A stretch of DNA of 64,000 bases from Candidatus Zixiibacteriota bacterium (GCA_016235085.1 JACRMA010000016.1:10425-74424); one strand, 5' to 3'; counted from the stretch's first letter, positions 29,440-41,722 are shown. Translations and numbers: made by a program. Notes: generated by a model from the letters alone, not told the origin.

Positions 29440-31552
29440 TCACTGACCCTTGGATTCTACAGGTTTGTACTGTACGCCAAGCTCGTCGAAGAGAAACGAG
29501 TATGAGTCCGTCTGCTGGGCGATGCGCTCGCTGAGCGCGGTGCCACCGCCGTGTCCCGACCGCGTGCTGATTCGCAGCAGGATGCGGGCAATGGTTCCCG
29601 TGACACTCTGGAGCCGTGCGGCCATCTTGCGCGAATGGGCGGGATTCACCCGGCCGTCATTCTGGCCGGTCATGAACAGGACATCGGGATACACTTTGCC
29701 CTCCTGCACGTGATGGTATGGCGAGTATGCGTACAGCGCGGCGAATTGCGTGGAATCGCTGACCGATCCGTACTCCACGGCGTTGAACACACCGTTGGGG
29801 TCGCGTTCGAAGCGGAGCATATCGTAGTAGCCGACACGTGCGACCACGGCGCGGAACAACTCCGGGTGCTGGGTGATTGCGGCGCCCATCAACAATCCGC
29901 CGTTGCTGCCACCTTCGATCGCCAGCCGTTTTGCGCTGGTATACCCGGATTGAATGAGATGCTCGGCGCAGGCGACGAAGTCATCGAATACGTTTTGCTT
30001 ATTGGTGAGATTGCCGCCCAAATGCCACTTCTCGCCGAACTCACTGCCGCCACGTAAATTGGCGATCACCAGCACGCCGCCCTGTTCAATCCAGACACTG
30101 CGGATCGCATCAAATCCCGGCGACATGCTGATATTGAAACCGCCATAACCCGTCAAGAGTGTAGGGTTGTCGCCATCGAGAGGTGTCCCTTTGCGCCGCA
30201 GGATGTTCATTGGTATCCGAGTCCCATCCTTCGACGTGGCGAATTCGCGAACAACCTCAATGTTGCTCAAGTCGACTGGTGACGTGATGGCGAGGGCGGT
30301 CCGGGCAAGGGCGCCGGTTTCGGGGTAGTAGGCGTACCAGGCGGGTGGATCAAGGTAGCCCGACACATTAAACATGATCGTGTCGCCACCGATTGGGAGA
30401 ATTCCTCCAACGGACGAGACCGGTTTGACCGGAATCGCCCCAGCGGGCTTTCCGGCATAATCGAAGACTCTGATTTGCGAGGGACCGCCGACGCGATCCC
30501 GTACATATAGTTTGGAGGACGTGGGCGTGGCGTCCACGATCACCATCGAGTCTTCGGGCACGATCTGGATCGCCTTGGCGAGTTCAGTTGTGCCAGCCGG
30601 AAGCCGAAGGATCTTCCCGAACGGTGCGTTCTGTATCGAAAGTAGGAATATCGAATTGTCGGGCGCGAGCGTGGCGCGTGTGATCTTGTCGGCAAAACTG
30701 GAGATCGGTAGCCATGTTCCGGCAGGTGTGAGGAGGTAATGAGCCACCTCACCACCGTCACCGTTCCGGACGGAAGCGAGGAAATACCGCCCATCCTCTG
30801 AGGCTTCCAGATGGACTTCTGCGATACGCGGGAAGTCCCTCCCAATTGCGTAGCGGTCCTCGGTGGTCGGGGTTCCGAGCTTGTGGAAATACACCTGCTG
30901 GAAGAAACGCATGTCCCCGCTGGGTCGTTCGCCTTCACGTGGGTAGCGGGTATAGAAGAACCCTGATCCATCCTCATTCCACGCCACACTGCCGCCGGCC
31001 GTCGCGCCGTTGACACGCGGGACGATGTCTGAAGTCTCTTTGCCGGTGGCCACGTCGTAAACATGAACCGTTCCGTCTTCACTGCCGCCCTCGGAAAGCG
31101 ACACGGCGACCAACCGGCCATCGCGCGAGGGAACAAAGAAGTCGATGGACGTCGTGCCTGCGGTGTTCAGTGTATTCACGTCAAGGAGCACCCGCTCGCT
31201 GGTACACAAGGCTGTAGTACTGTGACGAGACATTGCGATGCAGCTCCTCCAGCCGTCGGGCAATCACGTCGCGACTGGGAAGTCCATCCAGAACCTTGCG
31301 GGCGTACTGATTTTCAGACGCAATCCACGTCCTGACCGTGGTGTCACCGGTATTCTCGAGCCACTGGTAATCATCCGTGACCGTGATGCCGTGGTATTGG
31401 TCGGTCACCGGCATCCTATTCGTCGGGGGTGGAGCCGGCACATCAGCCGTATGCCCGCACACTGCCCCGCCCACCGTAATGGCCGCCGTTGCCAATACTG
31501 ACCACAGGGATTGTCGCAACGAGCCTGCGAAGATTCCACATCCATGCTTCAC
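29440..31552 (-). pseudogene. Prolyl oligopeptidase (S9A) split by a deletion/frameshift near 31200
   Basis: N-part D.YQWLE in ORF 31181-31552; GGSNGG, DGRV, GHG in ORF 29440-31263. Confidence 0.85.
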
Positions 31553-31717
31553 GTCCGCATCTCCTTCGGGCGGATGGGGAAGCCGCCCTTCGCCGGCTCA
31601 AGTCGGCGAAGGGGTCAGTCTAACCGATTCGGCGATCTCATTCAACTGGGATATTGCCCCCGGTGAAGTCGGGCTGCGCCAGAGGCCATCCGGTTGGCAA
31701 GATCAACGCTCGAACCG

Positions 31718-32533
31718 TTACCGCTTGTGGGCGATAATCTCGAGGACGGCAGGAGTGACCATCAGCGTGCGGGGATCGGCTGTCGCGTCCGCCAGCGCTT
31801 TTGAAATCGCGTGGGACCGCTCGGGAGTCAGATGTTTCAAATCCACGAGGCGGTGAAGCGCCACTTCGACAAACGTGACCGGCCATTGCCAGACAAAGTT
31901 CGTTGCCGGAACAACATCGATGATCGGCTTCAGCGTATCTATTTCGAATCCCAGCTCACGCAACCAGACCGGCAGATCCAGACCGATGTCCGGCTCCCCG
32001 CCATCGGCGCGCCAGCTCTTCATGGCCGCCTGGACGAATTCCTCCAATTCGGAAGAGCGCGGCGTGAAACGCCACGAGGCGTAGTTGAAGTATTCATGAA
32101 ACACGGCAACACCGCCTGGCCTGATGGCGGCCGCCACCCGGGAGAGAAGGCTGCGGGGATTCTTGACAAAGGCGAAGACCCAGCGGCACCACGCCCCATC
32201 AAGGCCGGAGGCGGGAAGTGCCGCCTCGCTGAGGTCCAGTTCATGCGTGGTGATGTTGTCGATTCCGAGATGGTCGCGGGCCGCCTCGAGCGCATCGAGG
32301 AATCGCCGCGAACGGTCGCAGGCAATGATGTGTCCGGCCGGTCCGACAATCCCGGCCAAATCGAGCGAGGCATAGCCGGGACCGCAGCCGACGTCCATCA
32401 GTGTCTGCCCGACGGTGAATCCCGCCCGCCGCCAGGCATCGAGTGCGCGGGGCCGCCAGACGCGGTGCTGAAGCCCCAGGCGCTGAATCTCCTCATCGTG
32501 CGTCCCCAATACATAATCATTGTCTTTGGCCAT
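31718..32533 (-). CDS. Class I SAM-dependent methyltransferase
   Basis: DVGCGPG, IRPGG. Confidence 0.9.
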   Translation of the reverse strand: MAKDNDYVLGTHDEEIQRLGLQHRVWRPRALDAWRRAGFTVGQTLMDVGCGPGYASLDLAGIVGPAGHIIACDRSRRFLDALEAARDHLGIDNITTHELDLSEAALPASGLDGAWCRWVFAFVKNPRSLLSRVAAAIRPGGVAVFHEYFNYASWRFTPRSSELEEFVQAAMKSWRADGGEPDIGLDLPVWLRELGFEIDTLKPIIDVVPATNFVWQWPVTFVEVALHRLVDLKHLTPERSHAISKALADATADPRTLMVTPAVLEIIAHKR

Positions 32534-32606
32534 GTCTCTGGATCCTCGAGTGAAAGGCGAATTGTGGGGTTGGTGCAATTGCGAAGTAATTCTGTCCTGA
32601 TAACGA

Positions 32607-32897
32607 TTATGGCTTGCTTAACGCCAGTTCTTCCTTCTGTTTCCTTTTCCAGTGCTTGATCTGGTATTCCCGTCGAAGCGCGTGGCTTCGGGTCAGACAT
32701 CGTTCCTGGTAAATGAGGCGGACCGGACGTCTTCCTGCCGTATATACGGCGCCTTTCCCCAGATTGTGTTTCGCAATTCGCGCTGTAACGTCGGTCGAAA
32801 TGCCTGTATAGATCGATCCGTCCGCACAGCGCGCCATGTACACGTACCATTTAGCGGTTTTAGCAGGCGGCTTGAGTCGGTTGGAATTCTTGGTCAA
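32607..32897 (-). CDS. GIY-YIG nuclease (YhbQ/UPF0213-like)
   Basis: YVYMARCADGSIYTGI, R...HN.GKGA.YT, E..IK. Confidence 0.9.
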   Translation of the reverse strand: MTKNSNRLKPPAKTAKWYVYMARCADGSIYTGISTDVTARIAKHNLGKGAVYTAGRRPVRLIYQERCLTRSHALRREYQIKHWKRKQKEELALSKP

Positions 32898-33053
32898 TGT
32901 GGTCAGCCCCCAGCATCCAATTGCATCCTTGTAGCGTGAGCACGCGTATCAAAGATCGCACAAATCGGGCCACTCGGGGCATACGAAAGATGATTGTGTA
33001 TCGAGACGAAACCACACTCCATTAGGGCAGGCCAACTTTGACTGGAGACCTAC

Positions 33054-33560
33054 ATGAATTCGATGTCCGACCGTTTCCGACACTGGTATGAACATGAACG
33101 CGACTGCAACGCCAAGACGCTGACGATGCTGGACTCGGTGCCCGCCGAAAAGCGTTCCTCGCCCGATTTTCAGCGCGCGGTTGAGCTGATGGCCCATATG
33201 GTCGCCGCGCGGCGCATGTGGCTATACCGGCTGGGACATGGACCGCAGCCGCCCGGGGGGTGGTCGCCGCAGGGCGTCGCATTCGCGGATCTGCCCGGCA
33301 TGCTCTCGGCCATTGAGGCGGCGTGGGTGAAGTATCTGCAAAATCTGTCGGATGAGGACCTGGCCAGAGAACTCGAGTGGCCGGTGTCGGATGGAAGCCG
33401 CTGGCGGTGGCCGGTCGAGAAGATCCTGACCCAGGTATCCTGTCACGCCTGGTACCATCGCGGCCAGATTGTAGTTCTTGTCGGAGCGCTGGGTGGTAAG
33501 ACCATGAGCACCGATCTGATCTTCTGGGATCGTCCGGCGCATCTTGAACCGGCAGGTTGA
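33054..33560 (+). CDS. DinB family protein
   Basis: H...A...W, H..YHRGQI. Confidence 0.88.
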   Translation: MNSMSDRFRHWYEHERDCNAKTLTMLDSVPAEKRSSPDFQRAVELMAHMVAARRMWLYRLGHGPQPPGGWSPQGVAFADLPGMLSAIEAAWVKYLQNLSDEDLARELEWPVSDGSRWRWPVEKILTQVSCHAWYHRGQIVVLVGALGGKTMSTDLIFWDRPAHLEPAG

Positions 33561-33619
33561 CGCCGATCGCAATGATGATTATTTTTGCCTCGCATTGTTT
33601 GTGAGGGATAGCCGTTGAT

Positions 33620-34555
33620 ATGAGACTCTGGATCCTGATTCTGGGAGTGTGTGTATCCATGAATTCCGCCAACGCCGAGCAGAAACCGGATTTCGACACG
33701 TTATGGAATTACTACAAGCCGGCCGAGACCGAGGTGAAGTTCCGCGAGTTGCTGCCGGCTGCCCGAAAGTCCGGTGATGCGGGATTCCTGGTCGAGCTGA
33801 CAACCCAGATTGCACGGACTCTCGGGTTGCAGCAGAAGTTCGCCGAGGCACATGCGCTCCTCGATTCCACTCTGCCGCTTTTGGACGCGGCCGGGGAACG
33901 TGCGCGCGTTCGTTACCTTTTGGAACGTGGCCGGACGTTCAACTCATCGAAACAGCAGGAAAAGTCGGTGCCGTTGTTTACCGAAGCGTGGGAACGGGCT
34001 CAGAAGGCCGGGTACGATTTCTATGCAGTCGACGCGGCACACATGCTGGCAATTGCGACCCCCGCCGCAGAGCACATGGGATGGAACATGAACGCTGTTG
34101 CCGTGGCGAAGAACTCCAGGGATCCGAAAGCCCGGAACTGGCTGGGAAGTTTGTACAACAACATCGGCTGGGACTACTTTGACCAGAAGAAGTTCGAATC
34201 GGCTCGCGAGATGTTCGAGAAAGCTCTCAGTGCCCGGGTCGAACAGAAGAAACCGGCGGAGATTCGATTCGCCAAGTGGTGTATTGCCAAGACTCTGCGC
34301 ATGCTGGGCAAAGCCGATTCTGCTCTGGCCGTGCAACGACAGCTCGAAAAGGAATGGCGCGATTCCGGGGAAGAGCAGGATGGGTATGTGTTCGAAGAGC
34401 TCGGCGAGTGCCTGCTTGCGCTGAACCGACGACAGGAATCCGAGGCCTATTTTGCCCGTGCGTACGAATTTCTATCCAAAGACCCCTGGCTGACGAGAGA
34501 CGAGCCCGACCGCCTGATGCGGTTGAAGGAACTGGGGAAAGTGAAGTCAGATTGA
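33620..34555 (+). CDS. Secreted TPR-repeat protein
   Basis: Signal peptide, helical repeats (DAAHML, LYNNIGW). Confidence 0.8.
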   Translation: MRLWILILGVCVSMNSANAEQKPDFDTLWNYYKPAETEVKFRELLPAARKSGDAGFLVELTTQIARTLGLQQKFAEAHALLDSTLPLLDAAGERARVRYLLERGRTFNSSKQQEKSVPLFTEAWERAQKAGYDFYAVDAAHMLAIATPAAEHMGWNMNAVAVAKNSRDPKARNWLGSLYNNIGWDYFDQKKFESAREMFEKALSARVEQKKPAEIRFAKWCIAKTLRMLGKADSALAVQRQLEKEWRDSGEEQDGYVFEELGECLLALNRRQESEAYFARAYEFLSKDPWLTRDEPDRLMRLKELGKVKSD

Positions 34556-34760
34556 CTTCAATTTCCTCCGTGATCCCCGGCACGGCCATGCCATAAACGC
34601 GCGTCCTCTGCCAACTCGCGTTGGCGGAAGTCGGCGTCATGCGAGATTAGCCCCAAATTCTGTCAGAATTTCTGATATTCACTTGTGCAGCGGGAGTCGA
34701 ATGCTGTTCCTTTCGGTGGTGGTGGTTCTTGTCGCGAGACTCAGCCGGAGGTGAATTATC

Positions 34761-36059
34761 ATGAAGAAGCGCAGCCTGGTCCCCGTCGTGGTCGTGCTGG
34801 TGCTATGCCTGTCGCCCTTCGCGCGCGCCCAGCACGATTCGGTTCAGTATCTCCCCCGATACTATGATCCGGTTCTGGAAGAGATGGAAGAGAACGCTGA
34901 TTCGCTCAAAGCGATTCGCGACAGTGTGACTGGTGCGATCCGAAAGGAGCAGAAGGAACAAAAGAAGGCGGAAAAGAAGACCCGGAAGGAGCTGCGATTT
35001 GACGTCAGCGGCATCAAGGCGCCCGATTCACCCGGTGTATTTGCAAGAGTGTTCCATTTCCCGCCGGTGGCGCAGTATCGCACCGGAACCTGCTGGTCGT
35101 TCTCATCCACTTCATTCATCGAGTCGGAAGTGTTCCGCCAGATCGGAAAGAAGATCAAGCTATCTGAGATGCACACGGTCTATTACGAATACCTGGCGAA
35201 GGCAAAGGGATTCATAGACGATAGAGGGCAGACTTGGAACGGCGAAGGTTCTGAAGCGAATGCCCTGGTGCGGATGATGAAGGAACATGGGGCGGTGCCC
35301 GAGGAAATCTATAGCGGGTTGCTTCCCGGCCAGACGCGTCATGACCACTCGGCACTTTCCGGAGAAATCCAGGCGTACCTCAACTTCGTCAAATCACACG
35401 ACTACTGGGACGAGGACGCCGTCCTCAAGCACGTGCGTCTGATTCTCGACACCCATCTCGGAAAGCCTCCGGATCGTTTTGACTTCGAGGGGCACTCGTA
35501 CACTCCGATCGAGTTTTTGAAGAATATTCTCAAGATCAATCTCGACGATTACGTGGATGTGATTTCGACGCTCTCATTCCCCTACTACACGCAGGGGCCA
35601 TACGAGGTGCCGGATAACTGGTGGCACGACAGCACCTATTACAACCTGCCACTGGACGAATGGTATTCGGCGCTGGTCTCTGCGATCAAAAGCGGATTTT
35701 CCGTCGAGCTGGCCGGTGACGTCTCCGAGCCGGGTTGGTATGGCCAGAAGAATCTCGATGTGATTCCCGACTTCGATATCCCCCAGGCATCGATCAATGC
35801 CCAGTCACGCGAGTTTCGCTTCTACAATCACACGACAACCGATGATCACGGGATCCACTTGGTTGGTTACACGTCGCTCGACGGGCGCGACTGGTTTTTG
35901 ATCAAAGACTCGGGCCGCAGTGCGCGCCACGGCCGTTTCGAAGGGTATTACTTCATGCGTGATGACTACCTGCGGCTGAAGATGCTGGGATTCACGGTAC
36001 ATCGGTCGGCTATGGGGGATATACTCAAACGATTCGCCTCAGCGCCGGTGGACCAGTGA
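34761..36059 (+). CDS. Secreted C1-family cysteine aminopeptidase
   Basis: Q..TGTCWSFS, DDHGIHLVG, IKDSG. Confidence 0.9.
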   Translation: MKKRSLVPVVVVLVLCLSPFARAQHDSVQYLPRYYDPVLEEMEENADSLKAIRDSVTGAIRKEQKEQKKAEKKTRKELRFDVSGIKAPDSPGVFARVFHFPPVAQYRTGTCWSFSSTSFIESEVFRQIGKKIKLSEMHTVYYEYLAKAKGFIDDRGQTWNGEGSEANALVRMMKEHGAVPEEIYSGLLPGQTRHDHSALSGEIQAYLNFVKSHDYWDEDAVLKHVRLILDTHLGKPPDRFDFEGHSYTPIEFLKNILKINLDDYVDVISTLSFPYYTQGPYEVPDNWWHDSTYYNLPLDEWYSALVSAIKSGFSVELAGDVSEPGWYGQKNLDVIPDFDIPQASINAQSREFRFYNHTTTDDHGIHLVGYTSLDGRDWFLIKDSGRSARHGRFEGYYFMRDDYLRLKMLGFTVHRSAMGDILKRFASAPVDQ

Positions 36060-36231
36060 ACCGCTGGTGGTCGCAATTGCGACCGAGCCCATCGCCAGGT
36101 GCTCCACCGTACAAAGAAAGTCCCCGTCGTTTTCAGGCGTGTTGCAAAACCTTCAACTGGTAAACTCGAGAGGCCGGACAAGAGTGTCCGGCCTGCCGAT
36201 ATCGGTACAAGATGGTTGCGGCCTGCTCCAC

Positions 36232-39200
36232 TCAGGCATCGCCGACAACCAATGGCTGTTCCGGCTGAGTGCTCGAATGTGAAGGCTTCGAAGACGGACT
36301 CGTTTCCGGCATAGCGTTTCTGCTGTGCAAATCCTGAAGCGCAACCGGTTCGAGCGCGTTCAGGCGAAGGGCACGAATTGCCTCCAGCGTCGCGCGGGCG
36401 GCCGACATTGTGGTCAAGAGCAGGACATTGAGCGAATGGCACTCGCGGCGCATCAGCATGTCGTCGCGAAAGCTCTCCCGGCCGAGCGGCGTGTTAATCA
36501 CGACGTCGATGTCGCCATTCTTCAGGAGGTCCAACGCGTGGGGGCGGTCTTCCTTGAGTTTGTTCACTCGCGTAACCCGTAGTCCATGACTCTGCAGAAA
36601 CTCCGCCGTCCCGCGTGTGGCCAAGAGCCGAAATCCAAGTTCCGCCAGAGATCGCGCAATCGGCAGGACCGTCGGCTTGTCGTGATCATTGACAGTAATG
36701 TACACGGTGCCACGCAAGGGCACCGGGAACCCGGCGCCCTGCTGGCTTTTCGCGAACGCCCCGCCGAATGTCGGGGCGGCGCCCATTACCTCGCCGGTGG
36801 AGCGCATTTCCGGACCGAGGAGAGTGTCGACTCCTGGGAATTTCTTGAACGGGAAGACGCTGGCCTTCACGAAGTAGCCCGGTGGCACCGGTTCCTCCGT
36901 CAATCCCAGTTCTTTCAACGTGCGGCCCACCAAAATCTTCGCCGCCAGCTTGGCGAGCGGAATACCGGTGGCCTTCGATACGAAGGGAACAGTGCGCGAC
37001 GCGCGGGGATTTACCTCCAGCATGTAAACAACGCCATCTTTGATGGCGAACTGGATATTCATCAACCCCTTGACCTGCAGCGCCAGCGCCAGACGCCGTG
37101 CCTGCTCCCGCATCGTTGCCAATGCTTCGGCCGAGATCAAATAGCTGGGCAGTACGCAACTCGAATCTCCCGAGTGGACCCCCGCCTCCTCGATGTGCTG
37201 CATGATTCCGCCGATGACGACATCCGTGCCGTCGCTGAGTGCGTCCACGTCGACCTCAAATGCATCCTCCAGATACCGGTCGATCAACAGCGGTCCCTGG
37301 TCCGACGCCTCGAGAGCCCGGCCGAAGTAACGTCCCATTTCTTCATCATCGTAAACAACGACCATTGCCCGTCCGCCAAGGACGTACGAGGGACGGACCA
37401 GCACCGGATATCCGATGGATTGTACCACGGTTTTGGCTTCGTCGAGCGTGGTCGCGAATCCGTTCTCGGGACAGCGAATGCCGAGTTCATCGAGCAGCCG
37501 TCCGCAACGTTGGCGGTCCTCGGCCAGATCGATCGCCTCCGGTGATGTGCCCATGATCGGCACACCGTGGCCGTGAAGAGCCAGCGCGAGCCGCAGTGGT
37601 GTTTGTCCGCCGAACTGCACAATCACACCATCGGGACGTTCCTGATCGATGACGTTGAGGACGTCTTCCAAGGTCAGTGGTTCGAAATAGAGTTTGTCGG
37701 AAATGTCGTAATCCGTTGAGACGGTCTCCGGGTTGTTGTTCACCATGATCGTCTCGTACCCCTCTTCGCGAAGGGCGATGGACGCGTGCACGCAGCAATA
37801 GTCGAATTCGATCCCCTGGCCGATACGATTGGGACCGCCGCCCAGTATCATGATCTTGGGCCGATCGGTGCGCACCGACTCGTTTTCTTCTTCGTACGTG
37901 GAGTAATGGTACGGTGTGCTGGCGGGAAATTCCCCGCCGCAAGTATCGACTGTTTTATAAACCGGTGTGATCCGTTCGGCACCGCGGGCGCGACGCACCT
38001 CACTCTCCACGGTGCCGCAGATCTCCGCGATGCGCCGGTCGCTGAATCCGTGCCGTTTGGCCTCCAAAAGTGTCTCGGGAGTGAGCGGTTCAATATGAGC
38101 GCAGAGCTTATCTTCGAACTGCAGAATTTCAGCGATCTGATGCAGGAACCATGGATCGATGCGGCTCAACTGGCAGATTTCATCGATGCTCATTCCGTTT
38201 CGCAATGCCCGGACGACCGCATCCAACCGTTGCGCGTTGGGTGTCATGAGACGCGGACGAATTTCGGACTCAGGCATCGCACGCAATTTGGGGGACCCCA
38301 GACCGAATTGGCCGGTCTCCAATGAGCGCAGCCCCTTCTGTAAAGCCTCCTTGAACGTGCGTCCGATCGCCATTGTCTCGCCGACACTCTTCATTTGAGT
38401 GCCGATCGTATCCTCAATGCCGGAGAATTTCTCGAAGGCAAAGCGCGGGATCTTCACCACGTGGTAGTCAATGGTCGGTTCGAATGACGCCGGAGTCTTG
38501 CGCGTTATGTCGTTGGGGATTTCGTCCAGTGTATAGCCGACGGCCAGCTTGGCGGCGATCTTTGCAATGGGGAAGCCGGTGGCCTTGGAGGCCAGGGCGG
38601 AGGAGCGCGAGACACGCGGGTTCATCTCGATGATCAGCACGCGGCCATCCTCGGGATTGACCGCGAACTGCACATTCGCCCCACCGGTTTCGACTCCCAC
38701 GCGAGTCAGTACTTTGCGCGTCTGATCGCGGAGTACCTGATACTCACGGTCAGTCAGAGTCAGTGCCGGGGCGACAGTGATTGAGTCACCGGTATGCACG
38801 CCGACCGGGTCGACATTCTCGATGGAGCAGACAACGACGAAATTGTCTGCGGCATCGCGCATGACTTCCAGTTCGTATTCCTTCCAGCCGAGGACCGATT
38901 CTTCCATGATGACTTCGTGGACGGGCGATGCCTCCAGTCCGCCGCGAACCACGCGCTCGACTTCTTCACGGTTGTAAGCGATACCGCTTCCGGCGCCGCC
39001 GAGTGTGAACGAAGGACGAATAATGGCAGGGGAGCCGATCATCTCAAACGCGGCCAATGCATCGGGTACGGAGGTGACCCGCACGCCCCGCGGTGTCTCC
39101 AGGCCGATCTCATGCATCGCCGTCGCGAACAGCCGCCGGTCCTCGGCGACACGGATCGTATCCAGACGGGCGCCGATCAGCTTCACGCCGAAATCCTTGA

Positions 39201-39522
39201 GTACTCCGGCATCGGAGAGTTGCACCGCCAGGTTAAGCGCGGTTTGGCCGCCGACCGTGGGAAGCACCACATCCGGCTGCTCTTTTTCAATGATGCGTGT
39301 CAAAGTCCGCAGATTGAGCGGTTCGATGTACGTGCGGTCGGCGAGCTCCGGGTCGGTCATGATCGTGGCCGGGTTCGAATTTACAAGGACGATCCGGTAA
39401 CCGTCGGCACGAAGCGCCTTGACCGCCTGAGTCCCGGAGTAATCAAACTCGCACGCCTGCCCGATGACGATGGGGCCGGACCCGATGATCAGGATGGTTT
39501 CAATGTCGGTGCGACGTGGCAT
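36232..39522 (-). CDS. carB: Carbamoyl-phosphate synthase large subunit
   Basis: [17 protein letters not shown]; duplicated ATP-grasp domains; MGS domain. Confidence 0.98.
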   Translation of the reverse strand: MPRRTDIETILIIGSGPIVIGQACEFDYSGTQAVKALRADGYRIVLVNSNPATIMTDPELADRTYIEPLNLRTLTRIIEKEQPDVVLPTVGGQTALNLAVQLSDAGVLKDFGVKLIGARLDTIRVAEDRRLFATAMHEIGLETPRGVRVTSVPDALAAFEMIGSPAIIRPSFTLGGAGSGIAYNREEVERVVRGGLEASPVHEVIMEESVLGWKEYELEVMRDAADNFVVVCSIENVDPVGVHTGDSITVAPALTLTDREYQVLRDQTRKVLTRVGVETGGANVQFAVNPEDGRVLIIEMNPRVSRSSALASKATGFPIAKIAAKLAVGYTLDEIPNDITRKTPASFEPTIDYHVVKIPRFAFEKFSGIEDTIGTQMKSVGETMAIGRTFKEALQKGLRSLETGQFGLGSPKLRAMPESEIRPRLMTPNAQRLDAVVRALRNGMSIDEICQLSRIDPWFLHQIAEILQFEDKLCAHIEPLTPETLLEAKRHGFSDRRIAEICGTVESEVRRARGAERITPVYKTVDTCGGEFPASTPYHYSTYEEENESVRTDRPKIMILGGGPNRIGQGIEFDYCCVHASIALREEGYETIMVNNNPETVSTDYDISDKLYFEPLTLEDVLNVIDQERPDGVIVQFGGQTPLRLALALHGHGVPIMGTSPEAIDLAEDRQRCGRLLDELGIRCPENGFATTLDEAKTVVQSIGYPVLVRPSYVLGGRAMVVVYDDEEMGRYFGRALEASDQGPLLIDRYLEDAFEVDVDALSDGTDVVIGGIMQHIEEAGVHSGDSSCVLPSYLISAEALATMREQARRLALALQVKGLMNIQFAIKDGVVYMLEVNPRASRTVPFVSKATGIPLAKLAAKILVGRTLKELGLTEEPVPPGYFVKASVFPFKKFPGVDTLLGPEMRSTGEVMGAAPTFGGAFAKSQQGAGFPVPLRGTVYITVNDHDKPTVLPIARSLAELGFRLLATRGTAEFLQSHGLRVTRVNKLKEDRPHALDLLKNGDIDVVINTPLGRESFRDDMLMRRECHSLNVLLLTTMSAARATLEAIRALRLNALEPVALQDLHSRNAMPETSPSSKPSHSSTQPEQPLVVGDA

Positions 39523-39531
39523 TCGAATGGC

Positions 39532-40632
39532 TCAGCGTGATTCCAGCGATTCCACGAATCGGTCGAACAGGTATCCGGCATCATGGGGACCCGGTGCGGC
39601 TTCGGGATGGTACTGTACGGAGAACGCCTTCTGTGCTTCCAGAGAAAACCCTTCGACCGAATGGTCATTGAGATTGAGATGGGTGATCACCGCGCCGCGC
39701 TCCTCGAGCGAGTCGGGGTCGACGGCGAATCCATGGTTTTGCGATGTGATCTCAATCCGCCGGGTGACGAGATCCTGCACCGGATGATTGGCGCCGTGGT
39801 GCCCGAAGGGGAGCTTGTAGGTGCGGGCCCCGATGGCCAGCGCCAGCAACTGGTGGCCCAGACAGATCCCCATCAGCGGTTTGCGTCCCATCAAATGCCG
39901 CACCTGCTCCACCGCATGCGTGCAAGCGGCAGGATCACCGGGGCCATTGGAGAGGAAAAACCCGTCGGGATCGAGCTTGAGCAGTTCCTCTGCCGGTGTG
40001 CCGGCGGGGAAGACCTGGACCGATACACCGCGCGCAGCCAGTGAGCGGAAGATGTTTTGTTTGGCCCCGAAGTCGTAGGCGCACACGCGGAAACGCTCCT
40101 CGCCGTCCGCCGGGATCGTGTACGAGTCGCAGCAACTGACCGAAGAGACGAGTTCCCGTCCCTCCATCGATCCCCACGCCCGAACCTGTTCGAGCAGTTC
40201 CCCGACGTTCGAATTCCCAGGCGCAATCGCCCCGGCGACAGAGCCTCGATCGCGAATGTGCCGGGTCAGCGCCCGGGTGTCGATTCCAGAGAGTCCGGCG
40301 ATATTGGCAGCTTCCAGATACGAAGCCAGAGTCTGCGTGGCCCGGCGATTCGAATGGATGGGGGAGAGGTCGCGCACGATTAATGCGGCGGCGTGAATCT
40401 GACGGTCGTGGCTTTCGATGTCTTCGTCATTGACGCCATAGACGCCGATATGCGGCTGGGTCATGCAGACCATCTGGCCGCAGTAGGACGGATCGGTCAG
40501 GATCTCCTGATATCCGGTGATCGCGGTATTGAAGATGACTTCGCCGACAACCGTCTTGCGGGCTCCGAAACCAAATCCTCGAAACGTCCGACCGTCGGCC
40601 AGTACGAGGATGGTATCCGGGCCGCTGCTCAT
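39532..40632 (-). CDS. carA: Carbamoyl-phosphate synthase small subunit
   Basis: GYQEILTDPSY, SNGPGDP, GICLGHQ, QYHPE. Confidence 0.98.
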   Translation of the reverse strand: MSSGPDTILVLADGRTFRGFGFGARKTVVGEVIFNTAITGYQEILTDPSYCGQMVCMTQPHIGVYGVNDEDIESHDRQIHAAALIVRDLSPIHSNRRATQTLASYLEAANIAGLSGIDTRALTRHIRDRGSVAGAIAPGNSNVGELLEQVRAWGSMEGRELVSSVSCCDSYTIPADGEERFRVCAYDFGAKQNIFRSLAARGVSVQVFPAGTPAEELLKLDPDGFFLSNGPGDPAACTHAVEQVRHLMGRKPLMGICLGHQLLALAIGARTYKLPFGHHGANHPVQDLVTRRIEITSQNHGFAVDPDSLEERGAVITHLNLNDHSVEGFSLEAQKAFSVQYHPEAAPGPHDAGYLFDRFVESLESR

Positions 40633-40811
40633 CTGATTGGGGAGATCACCATCTGGATCGTAGAATTGTCCGGCACTGGGATGACAGATGCCCGATTGCG
40701 GCCTTGAGCGAGAGTCTTGATTCGATCAGGACAAACTTCAGCATCTATAGGCCGCATCGAGCGGCACGTAATCCTGTCTGAGGTCGCATGTCAAGAATGA
40801 AGCGGGGCGCA

Positions 40812-40838
40812 GTAGGGTGCGTGATTCACGCACCCTAC
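40812..40838. repeat. Perfect GTAG-type REP palindrome overlapping a stop codon
   Basis: GTAGGGTGCGTGA-T-TCACGCACCCTAC. Confidence 0.75.
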
Positions 40839-41527
40839 GGGGTTGTCGGTGGTTTTGGTCTCGCACCAACGAGCAGCAGCCACAGCGCAAACGCCAGCTC
40901 ACCGAGCAACGCAGGCAAGGCAATGTTGTAGGCCAGCTTGGCGTATGCAGGCAGAAGGAGGCCAGTGAAACTCATCAGAACATAGGCCACGCCGTTGAGG
41001 ATCAGCCAGATGCCCAGGAAACGGGGGAGGAATCCCGAGCGAAACACCAGCCAGCCAAGAGGAAATAGCCACAGGCCCCAGAACATCTCGGACAGCGCTG
41101 TGCTCTTGTCGTTGAGGTGAAGGCACCACATCGCCATGGTCTCGCGCTGTGCCTTGTCGAGTATCATCAGGAAATCGGCGCCGCGCAGGAGCTCCAGCGC
41201 GCCGATCTGGAGCAATTGAGTCACGAACGATTGCGGAACCTGGACCAGCACCAGGATCAGCATAACAGCCGCCTGGTGCGGGTTTGTCTCCTTGAGCAAA
41301 TGGTAGAGAACCAGAGCGGTGAACATGAAGATGATCGTGGCAGCAAGACCGACCGCGAGGTCGATTCGATACAAGGACTCGTGGGCGAGAATCCGACTGG
41401 CGGTCTCGGCAGGGTTTCCCTTCACGATCAGCTTGCCGGGGACATACATGAGAGTGAACAGGCCGGTGATCACCATCAGCATGTAGAGCACTCCGGCAAC
41501 CCGTGCCGTCTTCTTGATGTCAGTCAT
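40835..41527 (-). CDS. DUF4386-type membrane protein
   Basis: ARVAG.LY, F.GLWL.PLG.LV..SG.LP, GEL...LWLL. Confidence 0.82.
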   Translation of the reverse strand: MTDIKKTARVAGVLYMLMVITGLFTLMYVPGKLIVKGNPAETASRILAHESLYRIDLAVGLAATIIFMFTALVLYHLLKETNPHQAAVMLILVLVQVPQSFVTQLLQIGALELLRGADFLMILDKAQRETMAMWCLHLNDKSTALSEMFWGLWLFPLGWLVFRSGFLPRFLGIWLILNGVAYVLMSFTGLLLPAYAKLAYNIALPALLGELAFALWLLLVGARPKPPTTP

Positions 41528-41722
41528 GTGCCTCCTCCCCGGCGGTCATTCACTGCTCTACGGGAGTTTCAGCAATTCGTTGCAAAGGCGCTGAAGGGGG
41601 CGGTCCAAGAGAGCGTTCCGGACCTCGATGGAAACGGCGACTCCTCCACCGGGGGACGAAACATCGTCTCTCAGCGAAGCAGGTACTGTGGTTCAATTGG
41701 CGAAATGGAAATGAGACGTAAA

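Noticed and set aside
32607..32897. GIY-YIG protein as homing endonuclease or mobile element
   Set aside because: Stand-alone YhbQ-size domain with no intron or flanking repeats.
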